Virus record (IMG/VR): IMGVR_UViG_3300033141_006329
Span: 124,001 to 188,000 of that record
Direction: 5' to 3' (one strand)
DNA: 64,000 nucleotides
In this document: in pieces, positions 57,237 to 64,000 of the stretch
How the letters are laid out: every line of letters starts with the position of its first letter
How positions within the stretch are numbered: position 1 is the stretch's first letter
Translations under genes and position numbers: made by a program
Notes under the pieces: generated by a model
The model's database searches: none
Seen by the model: the letters and a program-made list of their open reading frames with translations, nothing else
What the model was told of the DNA's origin: nothing

Positions 57237-57596
57237 TTATCTTTTCCGACACTTCTCTTTAATTTTCATTCTTAACTCTGGAGATGGGAATGGGTTTTCT
57301 ATACCATATTTTAGAGCTGTTGCTTTAATCTTCTCCTGAACCATATTCTTCTCCTTTTCAACCTTCAGTTCTTCCTGCTCCTTCTCATGTCCCCCACCAA
57401 ACCAATATTCATGCAGTTCTGTTTTTGCCTTTTCTACTGCTTTATTATATTCCTTAAGTTTATATTTATATATACTACTGCCCTTATCATCTCCAACAAA
57501 TTTATGGGTTGAAAAATCATATTCTTTTCCATAATGCTCTGATATGTATTCTTTTATTTTCTTCTGTGTTTTTGATCCATAGTCGTCACCTAACAT
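57237..57596 (-). CDS. Hypothetical protein with one KYG.ENP endonuclease-type repeat
   Basis: KYGIENPFPSPELRMKIKE. Confidence 0.45.
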   Translation of the reverse strand: MLGDDYGSKTQKKIKEYISEHYGKEYDFSTHKFVGDDKGSSIYKYKLKEYNKAVEKAKTELHEYWFGGGHEKEQEELKVEKEKNMVQEKIKATALKYGIENPFPSPELRMKIKEKCRKR

Positions 57597-57610
57597 TTTA
57601 AATTCTCCTT

Positions 57611-58621
57611 TTATTGTTTATAATTTTCCATCAAAATATTTTTAAATTCTTCATCGTCTACATCCAAGATATTATTATCTTTATCAACCTTAACTCTCAC
57701 AAATCTACACCCTAACTCCTCAGTTATCTCTTGTTGTCTTCTGATATCTTTCTTTTGACGATAATTATAAGAATGTTCGGGTTCATCTATCTCTATAGCT
57801 ATATTCTTTTCCTCATCATAACCATCCAAAAAGTATCCTATAACTCTATACTCACCACCATTTTCAGCATGTTGAAAATTAAAACCATTATCATTCAAAT
57901 TTTCAATTATGTTGCAACCGCTTGGATTGTAGAGAGGTAAAATCTGACCATGACAATTTTTTATCCTTCTTAAATAACTATCACGGGCTCGTTGACGATT
58001 TTCTTTTGTTTTGGCGTAACAAACTTCACCATATTTTCTTAAACAAGTTTTTATAATTTTTTCTTTAATCATTTCTGATTGTAGTGAACACCCCACACCA
58101 TATTTTTTAAAACAAGTTTTTTTTACTTTCAATTTGAACCATATTGTCTGAGAGGGGTGTTCTACGTTATATTTTTTCAAACAAGTCTTTTTTATTTTAT
58201 CCTGTATTTCATCATATTTTTCTAAACAAGTTTGTCTAAGTTTTTCTCTTACCTCTTCGATTTGTAACGGACAACATACGCCATGGTTTTTAAAACAAGT
58301 CTTTTTCTTTTTTTCTTTTATTTCCTTAGACTGTGACGGATTTTCTACACCTCTATTTCTCATATTAGTTTGTTTCTTTTTTTCTTTTATTTCTTTAGAC
58401 TGTGAGGGATGTTCTACATTATGATTTTCTAAACAAGTTTGTCTACGGTTTTCTCTTACCTCTTTTGTCCATGCTCTTTGTTTTATTTTTTTTCTTGTTT
58501 CTGGACATTTACTTTGATTGGTTTCACAACACCACTTACCATTCTTAAACCTATGCTTCGCTTCCCTGCCACATCCATACTCACACAACCTTACATTCTC
58601 TTTAACCTTAACTTCTTCCAT
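57611..58621 (-). CDS. Free-standing homing endonuclease (TC..KYGV repeats plus Vsr/EDxHD-like nuclease)
   Basis: CEYGCG N-terminus, about 7 basic repeats, nuclease closely similar to 54535..55644. Confidence 0.78.
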   Translation of the reverse strand: MEEVKVKENVRLCEYGCGREAKHRFKNGKWCCETNQSKCPETRKKIKQRAWTKEVRENRRQTCLENHNVEHPSQSKEIKEKKKQTNMRNRGVENPSQSKEIKEKKKKTCFKNHGVCCPLQIEEVREKLRQTCLEKYDEIQDKIKKTCLKKYNVEHPSQTIWFKLKVKKTCFKKYGVGCSLQSEMIKEKIIKTCLRKYGEVCYAKTKENRQRARDSYLRRIKNCHGQILPLYNPSGCNIIENLNDNGFNFQHAENGGEYRVIGYFLDGYDEEKNIAIEIDEPEHSYNYRQKKDIRRQQEITEELGCRFVRVKVDKDNNILDVDDEEFKNILMENYKQ

Positions 58622-58676
58622 AATTTATTCCTCTCTATTCTTCCTCTCGTATCCTTCCTACAAAATTAGATTTTCC

Positions 58677-59081
58677 TTATATCTTCTCATATTTATTTTC
58701 AGCCACCTCTAATAATTCAGGAACTGTCCTTATCATCCTTAATAAAGTTACTCCGGCAGCTGGTATTAAATCACCCTCCATCCACACTGTTAAAGTCCGT
58801 TGAGGTAAATCTAAAATTCTTTCCATAGTCGATAAGCTAACACCGGCCTCAACAAAATAATTTAATATATTTATTACCGCTCTTTTTCTTTGTCTGATAA
58901 TGACAACATTAATTTTTTCATCATTTTCACCGAAGAAATCGCCCTCTGTAAGACAAGTATTACATTTATAATTAACAATAGTAATATATTCCTCATCAGA
59001 ATAAGGTAATGAAATTAATTTTTTTTCTTCGGATTTTATAATATGCCCTGAACCACATGCTGGACAAATATTGTTAGTCAT
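58677..59081 (-). CDS. MqsA-like zinc-ribbon plus HTH protein
   Basis: CPACG...CNTC; LS..ER.L.L...TL..W..G.....TLLRMI...PELL. Confidence 0.7.
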   Translation of the reverse strand: MTNNICPACGSGHIIKSEEKKLISLPYSDEEYITIVNYKCNTCLTEGDFFGENDEKINVVIIRQRKRAVINILNYFVEAGVSLSTMERILDLPQRTLTVWMEGDLIPAAGVTLLRMIRTVPELLEVAENKYEKI

Positions 59082-59343
59082 TTTTTCTCCTCCAATCTTT
59101 TATTCACTAATTCCCCATCCACCCATCTACTATAGATTTTGCTTTAGTATATTGTACCATTTTTTCTATTTCATCTCTAAAAGCATACTTAAGTGCTTCT
59201 AAGAATTTTTGGTCTAATTTTAGCTTAGCATATTCTTCTTCACTTATTGTTATTGTTTTTTTATTATCCAATTTATTTCTTCCCATTATCTGTTTAACTT
59301 ATTTATATTTTTTAATTTGTTCAACCATCTCACTGGATTTCTC

Positions 59344-59667
59344 TCATTCATATTCTCCTCCTACCTCATAAAACGTTGTCAATAAATCCCCCACAATTAT
59401 TTGACATCTATTAGTATATTCATTATTTTCATTTTGAAAGTCTCTAGGATTACATTTACTTAAATAATTATGCACTATCATTTTTAATTCTGCTTCAAAT
59501 CTTTCATTTGGTTCTTCAAATATACAATCCCAGCAACAATTGTCCCACTTACCAACTATCAGATACAAAAAACCAGATGCTTGCCCTCTGAAGGTACTCA
59601 TAATACAGTTGTCAGTACAATCATTACACATCATATCCATCATCAGTATTCCTCCCCCTCCTCCCAA
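59344..59667 (-). CDS. Array family protein (second cluster)
   Basis: FE.P.ERF...L..IV.NYL; ends LLTTFYEVGGEYE; true start probably near 59646. Confidence 0.55.
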   Translation of the reverse strand: MGGGGGILMMDMMCNDCTDNCIMSTFRGQASGFLYLIVGKWDNCCWDCIFEEPNERFEAELKMIVHNYLSKCNPRDFQNENNEYTNRCQIIVGDLLTTFYEVGGEYE

Positions 59668-59933
59668 AATATCCTAAATAAATTATCCTCAATATTTATA
59701 AATACGTCATCATTATATAAGTTGATCCGATATTTAAGTTCTTTACATGTATGATCCTTCAAATAATTAGAAACAATATTTCCCAACACATTTTTGAACT
59801 TTTCACTTCTCGTCTCAAAAGGATAAGAGGAATAAACCGAACCTCCACTATCCATCATTAAATACCAATAATTACTGATTGGACCTCTGACAATAGATAT
59901 GGTCCAACTATCTATATGAATTAATTTGTTCAT
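59643..59933 (-). CDS. Array family protein (second cluster)
   Basis: WYL...FE...EKF...L..IV.NYL; ends LFRIFWEEGEEY. Confidence 0.6.
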   Translation of the reverse strand: MNKLIHIDSWTISIVRGPISNYWYLMMDSGGSVYSSYPFETRSEKFKNVLGNIVSNYLKDHTCKELKYRINLYNDDVFINIEDNLFRIFWEEGEEY

Positions 59934-59945
59934 TTTTCCTTTACC

Positions 59946-60242
59946 TCAATATAACCCCACACTTGTCTTTTTCCCTCTAAACTTTTTATTGTTGACTTTA
60001 GAAGGTTTAGTAATATATTTTCTAACTTCTGGTCTATTTTTAATAATGTCACAATAAGTTTTAGCCCAATATGAATTAGTTATTCTTCTCCACATTTCCT
60101 CTATATCATTTATATGTCTACAATATAAAAAAGCATCATTACTCTCGGTGATTAGTTTTCTTAGTTGTTCTGTCTCGACTCCTCTCAGACATTCGTTCAC
60201 TGCCCAGTGACTCTTTTCATATTTGTTTGTTAATTTATTCAT
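59946..60242 (-). CDS. Small helical-repeat protein
   Basis: IT.S..A..YC..I repeats. Confidence 0.5.
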   Translation of the reverse strand: MNKLTNKYEKSHWAVNECLRGVETEQLRKLITESNDAFLYCRHINDIEEMWRRITNSYWAKTYCDIIKNRPEVRKYITKPSKVNNKKFRGKKTSVGLY

Positions 60243-60250
60243 AGTGCCCC

Positions 60251-60523
60251 CTAAAATGGATCCTTCCTCACACTTATAAAATTTTCTGCATATCCTGAAA
60301 AATTCATTTCATAAACATCATCCACATCCGCCATCTCCTCTATAAAACCTTTCTCAATCATCCATGCAATCAATGGTACACTGTAAGGATCTTTCCCAGT
60401 ATCATCAGTATAATCAGTCTGGATAGAATTTTTATCTATTTCCTTTAGTGTCCTATATAATCCAAATATTACAGAATCAGCACCCGCAGACGTTACAAAT
60501 AATTTTCCTTTAGGTATTTTCAT
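60251..60523 (-). CDS. Hypothetical protein
   Basis: Coupled ORF. Confidence 0.5.
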   Translation of the reverse strand: MKIPKGKLFVTSAGADSVIFGLYRTLKEIDKNSIQTDYTDDTGKDPYSVPLIAWMIEKGFIEEMADVDDVYEMNFSGYAENFISVRKDPF

Positions 60524-60963
60524 TTTATTTCCCTTACCATATAACGTTTTTGCTCTACTAAATTTAGTTTCTTCCCTCTAATAACTGCTTCGGGGCGATC
60601 ATCGATATAATCTCCTTCATCATCTTTTTCAAATTCCTGTAAAAACTTTAAAACTTTATCTTCATCATCAACCCCAAATTCTTCAATCCTATAATAATTT
60701 TCATCGGGTCTATCTATACAACACGCCACATAAATCTTATCTGATTTTCTTGGCTTACTGTTTCCAAAATCTAAAATATATTGATCTAACACCATAGGAT
60801 TGGATTCTATTCCTCTAATCACACCGATAACATCTCCATCTTCATTGTCAATTTCATTTGCCCAATCCTCTGCTTTTTTTATTGTATCACACGATCCCGA
60901 TTGTTGATAATGATGAGGATCTTGAAATATTACATATATTTTTTCACTATTTTCTTTTTTCAT
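60520..60963 (-). CDS. Hypothetical protein with internal duplication
   Basis: S.KIYV...VIRG occurs twice. Confidence 0.55.
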   Translation of the reverse strand: MKKENSEKIYVIFQDPHHYQQSGSCDTIKKAEDWANEIDNEDGDVIGVIRGIESNPMVLDQYILDFGNSKPRKSDKIYVACCIDRPDENYYRIEEFGVDDEDKVLKFLQEFEKDDEGDYIDDRPEAVIRGKKLNLVEQKRYMVREIK

Positions 60964-61373
60964 TTTAATTCTCCTTCATAAAATATTCCTAATAAATTGT
61001 CTAAATCTATGTCTACTGGTTTCAATCCAACACGCCTAAAACTAACATTAGGCTCTCCACATCCCAATGTTGTAGATATTATTCTTGCTATGCTACCTTT
61101 TGATTTAAGATCCGTTTCACTAGATATCAATTCAGAAATTACCCTTGCCAAAACATAACCAAACTTAAAGTCATTGGTATCAAATCTTTGAGTATATAAA
61201 CAACGACTACTAATATATTCAATGCACCATGCCTCTGGAAATCTTTGTAGAATAATACGAATATTATAGGATACTTTTGGTGTAAAATAATCTACAACTA
61301 ATCCTTTATGCTTCTCCCATATTATTCCTTCAAATTGTCTACATGTGGGTAATTCTTTTTCGAGGTTGCTCAT
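60960..61373 (-). CDS. Array family protein (second cluster)
   Basis: Ends IDLDNLLGIFYEGELK. Confidence 0.6.
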   Translation of the reverse strand: MSNLEKELPTCRQFEGIIWEKHKGLVVDYFTPKVSYNIRIILQRFPEAWCIEYISSRCLYTQRFDTNDFKFGYVLARVISELISSETDLKSKGSIARIISTTLGCGEPNVSFRRVGLKPVDIDLDNLLGIFYEGELK

Positions 61374-61675
61374 CTTAATTCTCCTCCACCATTAAATATT
61401 TCTCCCAACAAATTATTGGTAACATAATCATCAGTTCCGATATCTAATGCGCGATGAATCATGGGATCAACATTAAAATAGCTATTGTAGTGAGATTTTA
61501 CGTTTACATGCCAACCCTTATCATCCATAGATATACTATGAAATATCAAATACTCGAACTCATAGATTAGAGAATTTGCATTTGTACTATAACCAGTATA
61601 TACATTTTCTTCCCCACAATTATGATCCAGCCAGAGTTCATTTTTTGTAAATCTTGCTTTTGCAAATTCTATCAA
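61370..61675 (-). CDS. Array-tail protein (LIF...M...GW subfamily)
   Basis: Ends LLGEIFNGGGELR. Confidence 0.6.
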   Translation of the reverse strand: MIEFAKARFTKNELWLDHNCGEENVYTGYSTNANSLIYEFEYLIFHSISMDDKGWHVNVKSHYNSYFNVDPMIHRALDIGTDDYVTNNLLGEIFNGGGELR

Positions 61676-62010
61676 TACGTTCCTCCCTCATAATAAACTC
61701 CCTCTATCAGTTTATCGATCCCTATATGTTTATCAACCGCAGTATCCAATGCTCGAAATAAAAATGCAGGAATAGTAGAATGTTCATAAGATGCTGACAT
61801 TTGAGCCTGCCAACCTTTTTGAGTCATAAACAATCTATCAAAAATTAAATCCTTCTCGTAAAAATAATAAGTGAGAGGCTCTATGCGTTCCAAACGACCT
61901 CTACTTTGATGATAATTTTGATTTCCAAAATCATAATCCATGATAATCCCGGTTTCGTTGAAGTTCGCTTCTATAATATACATCAATATTTTTCTCCCTA
62001 TATCATCCAT
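61672..62010 (-). CDS. Array-tail protein (LIF...M...GW subfamily)
   Basis: Ends LIEGVYYEGGTY. Confidence 0.6.
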   Translation of the reverse strand: MDDIGRKILMYIIEANFNETGIIMDYDFGNQNYHQSRGRLERIEPLTYYFYEKDLIFDRLFMTQKGWQAQMSASYEHSTIPAFLFRALDTAVDKHIGIDKLIEGVYYEGGTY

Positions 62011-62318
62011 CTCACTACAGTTACCTTTAAATCATCTCCGGTCCCAGGATACATTATCTTAAAGAAGTTTAACATTTGTTCCCTGCCGGCAAAGCCATGA
62101 TCAATACTGTCCCTTCTTTCTACTTCTCCTATAGTGATATGCTTAACAGAAATTATCCTTCTTATAACTGCCCAGCTGGGATCCTCATTTCCTATCAGGA
62201 CAGTTCCTAGTTCATAATGACGATGACCTTTTCTTATAACCGTACTTTTCTTTTTATTTTGAACATCATCTCGCATATGATGTCCTCCTATTAATATTGC
62301 TTGTACTGGTGGTTTCAT
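61998..62318 (-). CDS. ASCH/PUA domain protein
   Basis: KK.TVIRKG...G...I...D....GF......FF..MYP. Confidence 0.7.
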   Translation of the reverse strand: MKPPVQAILIGGHHMRDDVQNKKKSTVIRKGHRHYELGTVLIGNEDPSWAVIRRIISVKHITIGEVERRDSIDHGFAGREQMLNFFKIMYPGTGDDLKVTVVRWMI

Positions 62319-62737
62319 TTTTCTTCCTCCTTTCCTATCTCCATAAATTGTGTCAATAATTTATCTATAGTTATTTCATAATCTTCATCCTTTAAAATCT
62401 CATTCTTCAAAATTTGGATCCCACCCTTCTTCTTTGTAAGATCTGAAACAATTTGAAATAATATCTCACCAAAATTAAAATTACGAACGACAAAGAACAA
62501 CCAACCTTGATTAACGAAACGAGTTGAAGAAAGATCGATAATATAGTTACCATCTATATTGGGAAATAATTCAAACTTACACTTATTTTCATAATATAAA
62601 ACCCAGCAATCATAATTACCATGTCTCTGATTCTTTATTTTATGCCATTTCAAATTATTCTCCCTCCTTTTCCCATTCATCCAAAAGATTTGCTGCATCA
62701 CTACATCCTTCCCAATTATCAAGTCCAGATTGTTCAA
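62315..62737 (-). CDS. Array family protein (second cluster)
   Basis: ELFP...F..IL..IV; ends IDKLLTQFMEIGKEEEK; start uncertain. Confidence 0.55.
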   Translation of the reverse strand: MNNLDLIIGKDVVMQQIFWMNGKRRENNLKWHKIKNQRHGNYDCWVLYYENKCKFELFPNIDGNYIIDLSSTRFVNQGWLFFVVRNFNFGEILFQIVSDLTKKKGGIQILKNEILKDEDYEITIDKLLTQFMEIGKEEEK

Positions 62738-62822
62738 GTGCTTGTAACCATAGTCGATCCTTCAATAATTCATCATATTCTTTTTTGCTTATAGTTATTT
62801 GTTCTTCCATGATCTTCTCCTT

Positions 62823-63323
62823 CTAATATCTCAACTTATATAATCTGTTAAATTCATTACTCGGTTTAGCCCCTTCTATAATATCAATTAGTTCTTTCAA
62901 TTGTTTAAGATATCTCATATTATAACCTTCCCATATATTTCGTTCCTTAAACTCACCATATCCCCTAACTATACTAAAATCGATACCTAAACCAAAACGT
63001 ATTTCAATGATAGCTGGTAGATTATACTTATTAGAGAAATAGTTTTTCCATCCCTCACAGGGTGTTCCATAAAAATTATAATGATTGTTTTTTAATACAT
63101 AATCAGATAGGTTGATATAAGTAAAACTATATTTATTTTCTGGATCTTTTCCTAATGGACCATATTTATAACGTTTTGCCCAACTCTGTAATTTTTCTTC
63201 TGTTTTCTTTCTTTTTTCACAGTATAAAAAATGATATTCTGCATCATTGTTGTTTTCAAATGTATTTTTACAAATGGGACATTCGTATTCAGTTAAGATA
63301 GTTTTTATCTGTTTGATTTTCAT
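62823..63323 (-). CDS. Hypothetical protein with N-terminal zinc finger
   Basis: YECPIC...F.....A..H...C. Confidence 0.55.
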   Translation of the reverse strand: MKIKQIKTILTEYECPICKNTFENNNDAEYHFLYCEKRKKTEEKLQSWAKRYKYGPLGKDPENKYSFTYINLSDYVLKNNHYNFYGTPCEGWKNYFSNKYNLPAIIEIRFGLGIDFSIVRGYGEFKERNIWEGYNMRYLKQLKELIDIIEGAKPSNEFNRLYKLRY

Positions 63324-63350
63324 TATTCTCCTTATTCAACTTAAAATTGT

Positions 63351-63575
63351 TCACCAAAACTTAAGGTCATGTTTTGTTGCACTCACCATAAATAATGTAA
63401 ATAATGTTATAGGTCCAAACAAACTCAGAAATAAAGATATTTTCATATTTGTCCAATAGTTTCGTTTTGCAAAGATGGGCCATTCTCCTTGGCACCAAGC
63501 AAAGTAAAAGCCGTGAGATAAAACACTACATATTAACCATCCTAAAATTATTACTATTATTATAATCTCTTTCAT
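63351..63575 (-). CDS. Small membrane protein (paralogue of next)
   Basis: W....V.S.G..FA; ends LKFW. Confidence 0.6.
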   Translation of the reverse strand: MKEIIIIVIILGWLICSVLSHGFYFAWCQGEWPIFAKRNYWTNMKISLFLSLFGPITLFTLFMVSATKHDLKFW

Positions 63576-63591
63576 AAGTCAACTCCTTTCT

Positions 63592-63813
63592 CTACCAAAA
63601 TTTTAAACCATACTTAAGCCTGTGCATTAAAAAACTAATTACCAATCCTGGAAATCCAAAACCAAACCCTATAATCATAGAACCAATCATATATCTATAA
63701 TAATCTTTTTCAAAATATCCTGTAGGTTCTCTTATGAAATAGGCAAAGTTAATACCGTAAGAAATCACACCACTCACAATCCATATAATAATAATTACCA
63801 TATTCTCACTCAT
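63592..63813 (-). CDS. Small membrane protein
   Basis: W...VISYG..FA; ends LKFW. Confidence 0.6.
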   Translation of the reverse strand: MSENMVIIIIWIVSGVISYGINFAYFIREPTGYFEKDYYRYMIGSMIIGFGFGFPGLVISFLMHRLKYGLKFW

Positions 63814-64000
63814 ATTTTATACCTCTCTCCCATATCTCCTCTAATAAATTATCAGTTACATATTCATCAACAGCATTTGATACAAGATTTAACAATTGTT
63901 CACACCGACTTACTAAGTTTTCGTTCTGATACATATCGAAATGCCAACCATTCTTAGTCATAATCAAACCACTGAATACTAAGTCGTGAAATCTATAATA
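63806..64000 (-). CDS. Partial array-tail protein (LIF...M...GW subfamily), cut by window edge
   Basis: Manual translation YYRFHDLVFSGLIMTKNGWH...DEYVTDNLLEEIWERGIKYE. Confidence 0.6.
   Translation of the reverse strand, partial: YYRFHDLVFSGLIMTKNGWHFDMYQNENLVSRCEQLLNLVSNAVDEYVTDNLLEEIWERGIKYE

Noticed and set aside
1322-63459. Many short antisense ORFs in the track (e.g. 1322, 6785, 8234, 13440, 36279, 43794, 52250, 56248)
   Set aside because: Shadows of better-supported genes on the opposite strand, without RBS or motifs
1-64000. Stop-codon reassignment or introns/inteins in structural genes
   Set aside because: Protease, capsid, sheath and ligase are uninterrupted and of expected size in code 11; TAA, TAG and TGA all end genes

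Overview
AT-rich segment of a large T4-like (myovirus) phage genome, probably with a bacterial host (M15 peptidase endolysin, holin-like genes, Shine-Dalgarno sites). Plus-strand islands carry virion genes: portal (cut by the window edge), prohead protease, major capsid protein, tail sheath, baseplate/fibre proteins, a PAAR-like tip and a lysis cassette. Each island lies downstream of a shared motif, AGGACAAAYTNWAAA, a putative late promoter. Minus-strand islands carry NAD-dependent DNA ligase, RNA ligase, a phosphoesterase, an MqsA-like protein, an ASCH protein, three LRR proteins and free-standing homing endonucleases. Most striking is a translationally coupled array of about 40 (plus about 7 more) divergent 100-150 aa paralogues that share a C-terminal helix plus E-G-G-like tail, with identical short DNA repeats at several gene junctions. 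Other candidates for undescribed biology: a tnpB-only IS200/IS605 element containing the phage late-promoter motif, whose empty site can be reconstructed; a hypothetical gene enclosed by a long-range inverted repeat with a pseudoknot-like leader; a promoter/RBS hairpin before an endonuclease; and a two-copy hairpin motif before fibre genes. All calls come from reading motifs by eye; no database searches were run.
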